A stretch of 64,000 nt of DNA from a virus: positions 25,497 through 89,496 of the IMG/VR virus record IMGVR_UViG_3300008740_000003. The stretch is one strand, 5' to 3'. Both the position numbers and the translations under genes were made by a program. The notes under the pieces are model-generated. The model worked only from the letters and a program-made list of their open reading frames with translations, searched no databases and had not been told where the DNA came from. Within the stretch, counting starts at the first letter, position 1, and each line of letters begins with the position of its first letter. This document shows positions 50,717-59,871 of this stretch, in pieces.

Positions 50717-52000
50717 ATGCAAAAAATCTCAATAGAAGCTTGTTTGGAAATGATGGTAGGCTTGAGTGATAAGCCAGTTAATCCGCCATTTATTATACTA
50801 GATAAAGATAGAAAAATATTAACCGACATTGCCAAAAAAGTTTATAGAGGTACTGCTTTAACTGATAGACAGTACGCAACTGTAAAAAGAGTCCTTAGAA
50901 CTAACTACTCTACACAATTTAAAAATAGAGATATTGATATCCATGCATCATCAAATATATTACGTAAACCACTAAGACAAATAGATAGAAGTTCTTATAT
51001 TAAAATTGGAAATTATAAAGAATTTGTTTACGATCCTTTTAGTTATTATGCATATCAACCAAACCATAAAGTTCTTGTAATAAGATTTCCTTTTAATGTT
51101 ATGTATAGTAAACTTATGGGGGAAGTTAGAAAATGTTTTCCTTTTTATAGAACTCATAAACAAAAGGATAAAAACAAATATATTCTTCCTTATAATGAAC
51201 GTTTAGCTCATAAAGTAGTAGATAAGTTTAAAGGCAAAATAGCAGATATAGATCCAACATTATTAGAGATTCATGAAAAGTGTGAATACTTTTATAATAA
51301 TAAACAAGAATTTCTACCAGGAATTTATGATTTCAAAATTAAAAATTGTTTACCAAAAACGTCTGAACACTATGTAAATAAGTTTGGGCAACCAAGTCCT
51401 AGTAACTTATTTTTATTTAAAGATAGAAGTGAATATTTGGGATTAAAATATTTTAGTGGACTACATTTAGAACACTCATTAGCCGATCAAGATGAGTTTA
51501 CTAAAAGGCTTGTTAAACGTAAAGCATCTGTAGTTGTTGTTGAAAAGAAAAAATGGGAATTAAAACAAGTAATAAAAACAATGTTTGATTTAAAAAGAAT
51601 TCCTTTATTGGTAGTATTACCAGTATTTCCAAAAAAAGATCCTGCTGAATCTTTGGAAGCATCACATAAAATTTTTAAAAACTATGTAGACAATAAAGAC
51701 ATTTCGGTATTGTTTAGATTAGAAAACATGGAATCTGGCATCAAGTTTAACGAATATGTTCGTGAAAATGGACTTAATAATAAACTTGCAAATAATACAA
51801 AAATAGTGTACATTAATAATAAGAAGATTCCAAAACCTTTATTAAGATTTAATTGGGAACCGGAAGGCGTATTATGTCTTGATACTACAAGGAATTACAG
51901 CAAAGTAAATTCTTTTGAAGAAGAATTTGATTTAGTTGTTCAATATGCTACTGAAGAACATAGCCCTTGGAATCCATATTTTGTTATGGAAAATATATGA
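50717..52000 (+). CDS. Hypothetical protein
   Basis: 427-aa ORF after a promoter, coupled to uvsW; N-terminal LTDRQ motif. Confidence 0.65.
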   Translation: MQKISIEACLEMMVGLSDKPVNPPFIILDKDRKILTDIAKKVYRGTALTDRQYATVKRVLRTNYSTQFKNRDIDIHASSNILRKPLRQIDRSSYIKIGNYKEFVYDPFSYYAYQPNHKVLVIRFPFNVMYSKLMGEVRKCFPFYRTHKQKDKNKYILPYNERLAHKVVDKFKGKIADIDPTLLEIHEKCEYFYNNKQEFLPGIYDFKIKNCLPKTSEHYVNKFGQPSPSNLFLFKDRSEYLGLKYFSGLHLEHSLADQDEFTKRLVKRKASVVVVEKKKWELKQVIKTMFDLKRIPLLVVLPVFPKKDPAESLEASHKIFKNYVDNKDISVLFRLENMESGIKFNEYVRENGLNNKLANNTKIVYINNKKIPKPLLRFNWEPEGVLCLDTTRNYSKVNSFEEEFDLVVQYATEEHSPWNPYFVMENI

Positions 52001-53451
52001 GTTGTAAAATAGTAATCAACGACGAAGTCAATATAAAAATTGAAGGGCTACCTGTCGATGTACGAAGAAAAATAGCAAATAATTTAAAATGGGAAGTCCC
52101 TTATGCAAGATACTTGCCTCAATATAAATTAGGAAGATGGGATGGTAAGATAGGTTTCTTTGGTTTAGGTGGTAGCGGTTTTGTTAATCATTTAGATAAA
52201 ATTTTAGAATTACTTAATAAGCAAGGCGTTGAAGTAGGTTCTATAGAAGATAACAGAAAGAAATATGATTTAAAATTCCTACCTATAGATAAAAATTATT
52301 TTGGAAATAAAACGTGGCCCAAAGGTCATATTTGTGAAGGACAAAAAATTGTACTTCGTGATTATCAAGTAGATGTTGTTAATAATTTTATAAAACAACC
52401 TCAATCATTACAAGAAGTTGCCACAGGTGCAGGTAAAACAATTGTTACTGCTTGTTTATCTAGCTTATGTGAAAGACTTGGAAGAACTGTTGTAATAGTA
52501 CCTAATAAAAGTTTAGTTACACAAACAGAAGAAGATTATGTTAATGTAGGTCTTGATGTTGGTGTGTACTTTGGTGACCGTAAAGAATTAAACAAAACTC
52601 ATACTATTTGTACTTGGCAATCTTTAAATGTTTTAGATAAAAAAGCAAAAGCTGGACAATCTACATTATCCTTAACTGAATTTTTAAGTGGTGTACAAAC
52701 ATTAATAATAGATGAAGTACACCAAGCAAAAGCAGATGTTTTAAAAAAATTACTAACACATCATTTAAAAAATTCTCCAGTAAGATGGGGATTAACAGGA
52801 ACAATACCAAAAGAACAATTTGAATTTCAAAGTTTATTAGTTGCTATAGGTCCTGTTATTAATCAAATATCTGCAAAAGAATTACAAGATAAAGGTATCT
52901 TATCTAAGTGTCACGTTAATATAGTACAACTAGTAGACACTTTAGTACATAGAACATATCAAGAAGAATTAAGTTATTTGGTTACAACAAAAGATAGATT
53001 AACATACATAGCAAAATTAATAGGCAAAATAAAAGATACAGGCAATACACTAATATTAGTAGACAGATTAAAGGCAGGAGAGAAATTAAAAGAATTAATT
53101 CCTAATAGTGTTTTTATTAAAGGCGAAACAAAATTACAAGAAAGAAAAGAACAATACGATGAAATTTCTAGTTCAGATAATAAAATAATAATTGCAACAT
53201 ATGGCGTTGCATCTATTGGAATTAATATTCCTAGAATATTTAATTTAGTATTAATAGAGGCAGGTAAATCATTTATAAGGGTAATACAGTCAATAGGTCG
53301 TGGCATAAGAAAGGCAAAAGATAAAGACTTTGTTCAAATATGGGACATAACATCTACTTGTAAGTTTGCTAAAAGGCATCTTACACGAAGAAAGAAATTT
53401 TATAAAGAAGCTAACTATCCATTTACTGTAGAAAAAGTACAATGGAATTAG
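51997..53451 (+). CDS. uvsW: SF2 DNA helicase UvsW-like
   Basis: WDGKI, LRDYQ, ATGAGKT, DEVH, GLTGT, GINIP, QSIGRGIR; start moved to 51997. Confidence 0.92.
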   Translation: MSCKIVINDEVNIKIEGLPVDVRRKIANNLKWEVPYARYLPQYKLGRWDGKIGFFGLGGSGFVNHLDKILELLNKQGVEVGSIEDNRKKYDLKFLPIDKNYFGNKTWPKGHICEGQKIVLRDYQVDVVNNFIKQPQSLQEVATGAGKTIVTACLSSLCERLGRTVVIVPNKSLVTQTEEDYVNVGLDVGVYFGDRKELNKTHTICTWQSLNVLDKKAKAGQSTLSLTEFLSGVQTLIIDEVHQAKADVLKKLLTHHLKNSPVRWGLTGTIPKEQFEFQSLLVAIGPVINQISAKELQDKGILSKCHVNIVQLVDTLVHRTYQEELSYLVTTKDRLTYIAKLIGKIKDTGNTLILVDRLKAGEKLKELIPNSVFIKGETKLQERKEQYDEISSSDNKIIIATYGVASIGINIPRIFNLVLIEAGKSFIRVIQSIGRGIRKAKDKDFVQIWDITSTCKFAKRHLTRRKKFYKEANYPFTVEKVQWN

Positions 53452-53466
53452 CACAGAAAGAAAGAA

Positions 53467-53973
53467 ATGAGAATATTAACATTAGAAAACGAAACTTTTT
53501 TACTGAATAAATTACCAGAACACGTATCAGATGATATGTGTTTTTCGGTTTTAGATAATAGCAATCCTAAGGAACCCGATTTCTTTTTTATTCCTTTAAT
53601 TTATATAGAAAGTTTTAGTAGTCCTGCTGTTGTTTTAGACATCGGAGGAAATGAATTAATAATGCCTTTAGATTGGAGTATAGGTGTAGGCGATAAAGAA
53701 GATAGTACTTCTGTAGAAGTTGTTCCTTTAACTAGTATTACGGATAGAGGTTTTCAAGCATTTTTGTTTAATCCTTTAAATGGATTTAAAGCAGAATTTA
53801 TGGAAGTTAAAGTATTAAATTTTTATAATGATATTAAATGGTATTTCCCTAAAGTAAAAAATAATCAATTAATATCTACGCCTATTACAACAGGTAAAGA
53901 ACCTTTGTGTGCATTTTTTGTTAAAGATATATCAAGACAATGTGAAACTATTGAATATGGATTGTTATTATAA
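53467..53973 (+). CDS. Hypothetical beta-rich protein
   Basis: 168-aa ORF downstream of uvsW. Confidence 0.6.
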   Translation: MRILTLENETFLLNKLPEHVSDDMCFSVLDNSNPKEPDFFFIPLIYIESFSSPAVVLDIGGNELIMPLDWSIGVGDKEDSTSVEVVPLTSITDRGFQAFLFNPLNGFKAEFMEVKVLNFYNDIKWYFPKVKNNQLISTPITTGKEPLCAFFVKDISRQCETIEYGLLL

Positions 53974-54173
53974 TGGGTAGACATAGTAAACAAGAACCTC
54001 AAGGTAAAGGTATGAACATGGATGTTCAATACGAAAAAGGTAAGGCGTGGGACGGACAAAGTCGTCCATCGGATGATGCATATAGGAAAGGATACAATGC
54101 TATTAACTGGAACAACAAAAAAAATGTCAAAAAGAAAAAGAGAAAACCTAAAAAAAATAAAAAGAACTCTTAA
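53973..54173 (+). CDS. Small basic hypothetical protein
   Basis: TAATG coupling; WDGQSRPSDDAYRK core, Lys-rich tail. Confidence 0.5.
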   Translation: MGRHSKQEPQGKGMNMDVQYEKGKAWDGQSRPSDDAYRKGYNAINWNNKKNVKKKKRKPKKNKKNS

Positions 54174-54402
54174 AAACGGACTTATAATTAAAGCACCTGT
54201 GTTAAGAATACCAACAGGAAAAAGTAAGAAATTAACAGACGTTTGGTTAACACAAGATTACATACCAGAACTTTTAGATATAATTAAGAAGAAAAAATTG
54301 TCTTTAAAAAATATAAAAACAATGGACGAAGGTCATATTAAAATTACTTTTCATGATCCTAGACACGCAACATTATTTGGATTGCATTATGAAAAAATCT
54401 AG
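54124..54402 (+). CDS. Hypothetical protein
   Basis: Likely start MSKRK (54124) within track ORF 54022-54402. Confidence 0.45.
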   Translation: MSKRKRENLKKIKRTLKNGLIIKAPVLRIPTGKSKKLTDVWLTQDYIPELLDIIKKKKLSLKNIKTMDEGHIKITFHDPRHATLFGLHYEKI

Positions 54403-54688
54403 AAAACTTACAAAAAAAGAAGTAATAGCCAAAAAATTAGGAATAGAATATATTTACGAATCACCAGATGGAGGAGAAACTGTATATCAACGAGAAGTAG
54501 GAAATTATACTGCCGAAAGACAAATGGTATCCAAAAGTGAGAAAGCATACATAGAAGAAGAGTTCAAAAGACGTCATCATTACATTACACCAGAGGCAGT
54601 TAAGCTATGTTGGAAACATAGGGGATTGCAAAAAGCCTGGGAAAAGTATATAATGTTATTGGAGTTATATGGCCACAGTGAAGAATAA
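54389..54688 (+). CDS. Hypothetical phage protein (IYESPDGG.TVY.R motif)
   Basis: YIYESPDGGETVYQRE motif; start moved to 54389. Confidence 0.6.
   Translation: MKKSRKLTKKEVIAKKLGIEYIYESPDGGETVYQREVGNYTAERQMVSKSEKAYIEEEFKRRHHYITPEAVKLCWKHRGLQKAWEKYIMLLELYGHSEE
54626..54654 (+). promoter_or_regulatory. Internal sigma70-type promoter
   Basis: TTGCAA-17-TATAAT, then GGAG and ATG 54669. Confidence 0.55.
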
Positions 54689-55148
54689 ATTGCCGTTGAA
54701 GGATATCCTTGCGGCTATAGATATGAATGCCAAAAACATTTGGAATGAATTTTCTGATGATGAACAAAAGCAAGTAGGCTTTTATATATTGAATAGATAT
54801 GCAAGTTCAGTAGTAGGTAAGAAAGAAGATAAAGAATTAACTATTCTAAAAACAAATGAATATTATAATAAAAACTTTTTTACTTTATCTAGACATAAAA
54901 AATTATTATGGTATTTGTTATGTATGACTGCAAGTGAAAAGAAAAAAATAACATTTCATCCATGGATAGGATATAAACATAAAGAATATGGTAGTAAATC
55001 AAAGGCAGTTAAGTTTTTAAAAAATTTATATCCTACTAAAAAAGAAGATGAAATAACATTATTGGCAACAATAAATTCTGCTAGTGAATTAAAAACATTA
55101 GCACAAGACTTTGGTATGTCAAAAGAAGAGGTTAAAAAAGTACTATGA
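54669..55148 (+). CDS. Possible clamp-loader small subunit (gp62-like)
   Basis: L.DIL.AID, FYILNRYAS, N..F, HPWI pattern; size fits. Confidence 0.45.
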   Translation: MATVKNKLPLKDILAAIDMNAKNIWNEFSDDEQKQVGFYILNRYASSVVGKKEDKELTILKTNEYYNKNFFTLSRHKKLLWYLLCMTASEKKKITFHPWIGYKHKEYGSKSKAVKFLKNLYPTKKEDEITLLATINSASELKTLAQDFGMSKEEVKKVL

Positions 55149-55828
55149 TAGAAAAGTTGCATTCTTGTAAACATTGTAACGCAAAGTTTACTAGAGAAAA
55201 AACTTTAGCTGTCCATATGTGCGAACAAAAAAGAAGATTTTTACAAAAGGATGAAAGGAGAGTTCAATTAGGATATCAAACTTTTATTAGATTTTATCAA
55301 TTGTGTCAAAAAATGGAAAAAGAAAAAACATACGAAGAATTTTGTAAGAGTCCATACTATACAGCATTTGTTAAGTTTGGAAGTTTTTTGAGTAATGTTA
55401 AACCTTTATATCCACACAAATATATTGATTATGTTGTTACTAGTGGAGTAAAATTAGATCATTGGTGTAGAGAAGAATTATATGAAAAGTATTCTATAAA
55501 TTTAATTTTAAAAGAAACAATGGAAACAGCAGTAGAACGTTCTATTAAATCTATGATGGATTGGGCAGAAGAAAAAGAAGCACCATGGCACGATTACTTT
55601 AAGTATGCAAGTTTGAATAGAGCTACACAAGATATTAGAGATGGAAAAATTTCACCATGGCTAGTATTAAATTGTAAAACAGGTAAAGAAATGTTGAGTA
55701 AATTTAATGATGAACAATTGCAAATTATAAGTCGTATAATGGATCCTAGACATTGGGCAGTAAGATTTCAAAGAGTGCCAGCAGATGTAGAAATAGTAAA
55801 AAATATTACCAAGGAGGCAAATTTATAA
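55145..55828 (+). CDS. Hypothetical protein with N-terminal C2HC zinc finger
   Basis: CKHCNAKFTREKTLAVHMC. Confidence 0.6.
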   Translation: MIEKLHSCKHCNAKFTREKTLAVHMCEQKRRFLQKDERRVQLGYQTFIRFYQLCQKMEKEKTYEEFCKSPYYTAFVKFGSFLSNVKPLYPHKYIDYVVTSGVKLDHWCREELYEKYSINLILKETMETAVERSIKSMMDWAEEKEAPWHDYFKYASLNRATQDIRDGKISPWLVLNCKTGKEMLSKFNDEQLQIISRIMDPRHWAVRFQRVPADVEIVKNITKEANL

Positions 55829-56019
55829 TGACAACACATACTACTAAAACATATATTAAAGGAAAATATCGTATAAAAGAATATTATACTGATCAAAATT
55901 TATGGAAAGAAACAAAGACACTTATTAAAAAGAAAAAACAAAAACCTAAAAAAGAAAAACCTAATCCTTTTAAAGGACTAGGTAGAGGTAGCAGTAGCAG
56001 AGGACCTTGGAAAATATGA
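55828..56019 (+). CDS. Small basic hypothetical protein
   Basis: AAGGAGG SD, TAATG coupling at 55828. Confidence 0.5.
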   Translation: MTTHTTKTYIKGKYRIKEYYTDQNLWKETKTLIKKKKQKPKKEKPNPFKGLGRGSSSRGPWKI

Positions 56020-56312
56020 AAGATATAGAAATAAAAATAGAAACGTTTAAAAATAAAGATGTGGATTTTCTTGAAGTACAAAAATACGTTATTAATTTAT
56101 TTGAGTCAGGACAAATAACTGTAGAAGGAAAAACTTGCGAAGACATTTCAGATTTATTGTATATGAACATTGCAAGAAGATGGCAAAGTAGAGATATTGC
56201 TATTGAAATAACTGATGAAAGTAAATGTGGTTGTTCAATGTTGTATCCAAAGGATCCTAAAATTGTATTAAATCCAAATCAAAGGAATATTATTGTTAGA
56301 TGCCAGATATAG
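56016..56312 (+). CDS. Hypothetical protein
   Basis: ATGA coupling; start moved to 56016. Confidence 0.5.
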   Translation: MKDIEIKIETFKNKDVDFLEVQKYVINLFESGQITVEGKTCEDISDLLYMNIARRWQSRDIAIEITDESKCGCSMLYPKDPKIVLNPNQRNIIVRCQI

Positions 56313-56878
56313 ATATAGACTTTGCAGATAGATCAATTTTACTAGATAAAATTAAACACAGAATTGCTAAATTAGATTCTGGGAAGAAACATAATACTGG
56401 AGTTTACTTTACAGAAGTACCTCACGATCCAGTAAACAATCTTTGTACACTTGATTATGAAAACGCAGAACAAAGAGGATATTTTAAAATAGATTGTTTG
56501 AACGTTAGCATTTATAAAGATATTAAAGATGAAAAACATCTTAATAAATTAATAAACACTGAACCATTATGGGAATTATTAGAAGCAAAAGAATTTGTAG
56601 ATCAAATTTTTCATATTAATGGACACGTAGAAATATTAAAAAAACTTAAACCAGTAAACATAGAACAATTAGCGGCTGTATTGGCAATAATTAGACCAGC
56701 TAAAAGATATTTACTTAAAAAAACTTGGGATGAAATATTAAAAAATGTTTGGATTAAACCAACTGATGGAAGTTACTTTTTTAAAAAATCCCACGCAACT
56801 TCATATGCAATGGCAGTAATTGTACATATGAATCTTTTATGCGAACAATTAAAAGGAAATAATGTCAAAAAGTCATAA
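56300..56878 (+). CDS. Minimal DNA polymerase III alpha (DnaE, family C) core-like protein, 192 aa
   Basis: PDIDIDF, H..GV, GYFKIDCL, LA..RP, F.KSHA.SYA in DnaE order. Confidence 0.8.
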   Translation: MPDIDIDFADRSILLDKIKHRIAKLDSGKKHNTGVYFTEVPHDPVNNLCTLDYENAEQRGYFKIDCLNVSIYKDIKDEKHLNKLINTEPLWELLEAKEFVDQIFHINGHVEILKKLKPVNIEQLAAVLAIIRPAKRYLLKKTWDEILKNVWIKPTDGSYFFKKSHATSYAMAVIVHMNLLCEQLKGNNVKKS

Positions 56879-57152
56879 AAAAAGAAGTTTAGCTAAAACT
56901 CTTACATGGAGAATTATAGCAACTTCAGATACGTTTTTAATAAGTTGGATTATTACAGGTGCGGCAACTTTAGCAGGTGCTATTGCAGGTATAGAAGTTG
57001 TAACGAAAATGTTTTTATATTACCTACACGAAAGAGGTTGGAATAAAATTAAATGGGCAAAGCAAGTTAATGAAGGACATACGACAATATTTCCTTACTA
57101 TGATGCACCTGAACATAGTAAAATTCATAAAGAAGAAGCTAAAGAGGAATAA
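56862..57152 (+). CDS. DUF2061-like small membrane protein
   Basis: RSLAKTLTWRIIAT...K..LYY.HER.W..I.W. Confidence 0.75.
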   Translation: MSKSHKKRSLAKTLTWRIIATSDTFLISWIITGAATLAGAIAGIEVVTKMFLYYLHERGWNKIKWAKQVNEGHTTIFPYYDAPEHSKIHKEEAKEE

Positions 57153-57155
57153 TAT

Positions 57156-57251
57156 ATGAAATGGTTAACACACGCACCATTACAAAAAGCAGTAGTATAC
57201 TTTTTTGTTTTTATTTTTATCTTTATTTTAATTTTAACTTTTGTTCTTTAG
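57156..57251 (+). CDS. 31-aa single-TM peptide (not in the ORF track)
   Basis: GAGGA SD; MKWLTHAPLQKAVVYFFVFIFIFILILTFVL*. Confidence 0.4.
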   Translation: MKWLTHAPLQKAVVYFFVFIFIFILILTFVL

Positions 57252-57516
57252 AGTAACGTGGCCCATTTAAAATATTATTAAATCTAAATAAATGAGATTG
57301 CCAGTCTTTTATTGCTTTTCCAGAAAACAAATCCTCATCTTCTAGTCTTAAATCGCAATTAGGACAACCTTTATTTTCCATTGTTTCTACCCAATAGGGT
57401 TCACGATATATTGGAAGATTTGCACCTGTATCTGTGCATCGTTCATGCCACCAGACAGTTCTACCACTTATAGCATACCACACCTTTCTTGTCTCCTCGG
57501 TCCAGTTATACATCAC
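57223..57516 (-). CDS. Hypothetical protein
   Basis: Coupled (GTGA overlap) to the upstream minus-strand gene; contains CPNC. Confidence 0.5.
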   Translation of the reverse strand: MMYNWTEETRKVWYAISGRTVWWHERCTDTGANLPIYREPYWVETMENKGCPNCDLRLEDEDLFSGKAIKDWQSHLFRFNNILNGPRYSKEQKLKLK

Positions 57517-57905
57517 TGATTGATTTTTTTGATTACTTCTTTAGGTTTTCTAACTAGTTGAACTGATCTTCTTTTTGTTCTTTTTACAGCAAGATTGTTT
57601 AAATTTGTGACGTGACCCATTTTTACTGTAACATCTTTAGTATTCATTATCATTAAAATTTCCCTATAATTTTGCATTTCTTTTCTTAAAAATATTCCAA
57701 TAGGGATCATTCTATTAGACTCCCACCACCAGGTTTTACACAAGGCTACAAAATCAGCTTTCTGACTATCGCCCTTTAAGTCCTGATAGATGTACATACT
57801 AGTGATTGCGTGGTCTTGATTGTTGATTACACCCACATATTCCTTACCTCCATACTCTACTACACTTATGAAGGGAAAATCTTTCTCTATGTCTTCTTTT
57901 AGCAT
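57513..57905 (-). CDS. Hypothetical phage protein
   Basis: FPFIS...YG..EYVG.I.N, WWWESNRMIPI; likely start MLKED at 57905. Confidence 0.6.
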   Translation of the reverse strand: MLKEDIEKDFPFISVVEYGGKEYVGVINNQDHAITSMYIYQDLKGDSQKADFVALCKTWWWESNRMIPIGIFLRKEMQNYREILMIMNTKDVTVKMGHVTNLNNLAVKRTKRRSVQLVRKPKEVIKKINQ

Positions 57906-57953
57906 TCTTTTTTCTAATAAATACGTTATATTGTTACTAATTGATGGTGTATT

Positions 57954-58739
57954 ATGCAACTTATACGAAGATATTTATTAAATAATAGAATAGTGCTTAC
58001 TGCGAATTTGGCAGGGCAAGTTACGAGGTATAGATCCGTGTATCAAAGAAATATAAATGTTTACAGAAATATAGACAATGTTCTTCAGTTTGAAGTTAAA
58101 AATGCTGACGAAAAAGCTGTGAGTATCCTTAATACATACACACCTAAGTTTAAAATGTGGGATGAAAACAATACATTAGTTGCTGAAAAAGATGGAACTA
58201 TTATAGAAACATCTACTCCAAGCAAAGTAGGACAATTTACTATAACATTAACTGAAAACGATTTACTAAATCTTAAACAACAATATATGAGTTATAGTGT
58301 TTATTTGTATCATACAAATGATGCTAAGAACGTTTTAACTTATCCTAATTCACACTTCGGAAGTCAAGGAACAATATATCTTAATACTAGCAACTTTCCT
58401 GGACCTAAAGTATCGCATGAAGTTAAAACATTTATTCAAGATACAGCAGACAATACAATATATAATTCAGAAACAATTACAGCCGATCCGGCATTAAACG
58501 GAAATATAGCTTTACATACTGCGGCATATTATACTACAGATGCAGTTGGTACATTAACAGTACAAGGTACTTTAGATGCTCAGATAGGTGCAGGTACAAA
58601 TTGGGCAGATATAAGCACAACCAATTTAACTTCTGGTGACACACTTCAATATGTTAATTTCAATGGCGTATATCAACACTTAAGATTCAGACACCAAATA
58701 ACTGCTGGTACTATAGACAAAATATTAGTTCGAAACTAA
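57954..58739 (+). CDS. Hypothetical late/structural protein (Ig-like)
   Basis: ATAAATA at 57917; beta-rich; G...VQGTL.....W.DI, F.G....LRF. Confidence 0.55.
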   Translation: MQLIRRYLLNNRIVLTANLAGQVTRYRSVYQRNINVYRNIDNVLQFEVKNADEKAVSILNTYTPKFKMWDENNTLVAEKDGTIIETSTPSKVGQFTITLTENDLLNLKQQYMSYSVYLYHTNDAKNVLTYPNSHFGSQGTIYLNTSNFPGPKVSHEVKTFIQDTADNTIYNSETITADPALNGNIALHTAAYYTTDAVGTLTVQGTLDAQIGAGTNWADISTTNLTSGDTLQYVNFNGVYQHLRFRHQITAGTIDKILVRN

Positions 58740-58768
58740 TTGACTTTTCATTAAAATTATTTTATAAT
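58740..58768 (+). promoter_or_regulatory. Sigma70-type promoter of the primase gene
   Basis: TTGACT-17-TATAAT; ATG 6 nt downstream, no SD. Confidence 0.8.
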
Positions 58769-58774
58769 GCATAT

Positions 58775-59758
58775 ATGAATATCGTATATGACGCATTATT
58801 AATTCACTTACCCCAAAAAAGAAAACAAACACCTAGCGGTTGGCTATCTTTTAACGCACCTTGTTGTCAACATATGGGCACAACTGCGGATACTAGACAA
58901 CGAGGAGGTCTAATTGGTACCGTTGATGAAGGTGTAAGTTTCCATTGTTTTAACTGTGGTTTTACAGCAAGTTGGAGAATTGGTAGAAACTTATCATATA
59001 AAATGAAAAGGTTCATGAGATGGCTTAATATGCCAGATGAACAAATTACTAAATTAGCATTAGCAGTTCTACAAATCAAAACAGATACAGTAGGATATCA
59101 AGCAATAACACAATTACCAAAATTTAAAAATAAAGAGCTTCCGGAAGGAGCAAAACCATTACACGAATGGACAGAACAGGACAAATATTTTTATAAAGTT
59201 TTAGAATATGTAGACAAAAGAAGTTTAAAGTTAGATGATTATGAATTTTATTGGTCTAATAATAGTGGCTACAGAGATAGGTTAATTATTCCTTTTTATT
59301 ATCAATCACGTATAGTAGGGTATACTGCTAGAAGAGTTACTCACTCAGATAAAGTAAAATACCTATCTGAACAACAACCAGGCTACGTTTTTAACATAGA
59401 TGGACAAGATGATGATAGAAAATATGTAATTGCAGTAGAAGGACCTATAGATGCAATTACTATAGATAGTGTAGCACTATTAGGAAGTGAAATTAAAGAC
59501 CAACAAGGAGTTTTATTAAACAGTTTAGGTAAGCACGTGATAGTGGTACCTGACAGAGATGAAGCTGGAGAAAAGTTAGTTCATGATGCTCTGAACTTGG
59601 GATGGAGCGTGAGTATGCCTGATTGGGATCATGATATTAAAGATATTTCTGACGCCGTTGGTAAATACGGACGACTACATACTTTGTATGCAATCATAAA
59701 AAACGCACAGGAATCACAATTGAAGATAAAGTTAAGGATGAAAAAATGGTTTATATAA
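58775..59758 (+). CDS. DNA primase (gp61-like)
   Basis: Zn ribbon (PCC...FHCFNCG), RLIIPF...G.TAR, KY, TOPRIM EGPIDA and PDRD.AG. Confidence 0.9.
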   Translation: MNIVYDALLIHLPQKRKQTPSGWLSFNAPCCQHMGTTADTRQRGGLIGTVDEGVSFHCFNCGFTASWRIGRNLSYKMKRFMRWLNMPDEQITKLALAVLQIKTDTVGYQAITQLPKFKNKELPEGAKPLHEWTEQDKYFYKVLEYVDKRSLKLDDYEFYWSNNSGYRDRLIIPFYYQSRIVGYTARRVTHSDKVKYLSEQQPGYVFNIDGQDDDRKYVIAVEGPIDAITIDSVALLGSEIKDQQGVLLNSLGKHVIVVPDRDEAGEKLVHDALNLGWSVSMPDWDHDIKDISDAVGKYGRLHTLYAIIKNAQESQLKIKLRMKKWFI

Positions 59759-59868
59759 AAAAGTTCTTTTCGTTCTTATTTTCTCCTATAACTAAATTTC
59801 TAGAACACAGAAAGTACAAGAAGAAAGTTAAAGAACTACAGAAAAGAGATCCATTTATATACAAATAA
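59746..59868 (+). CDS. 40-aa basic peptide ending KRDPFIYK (not in the ORF track)
   Basis: AAGGA SD; MVYIKKFFSFLFSPITKFLEHRKYKKKVKELQKRDPFIYK*; ends 3 nt before the next ATG. Confidence 0.6.
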   Translation: MVYIKKFFSFLFSPITKFLEHRKYKKKVKELQKRDPFIYK

Positions 59869-59871
59869 GAT

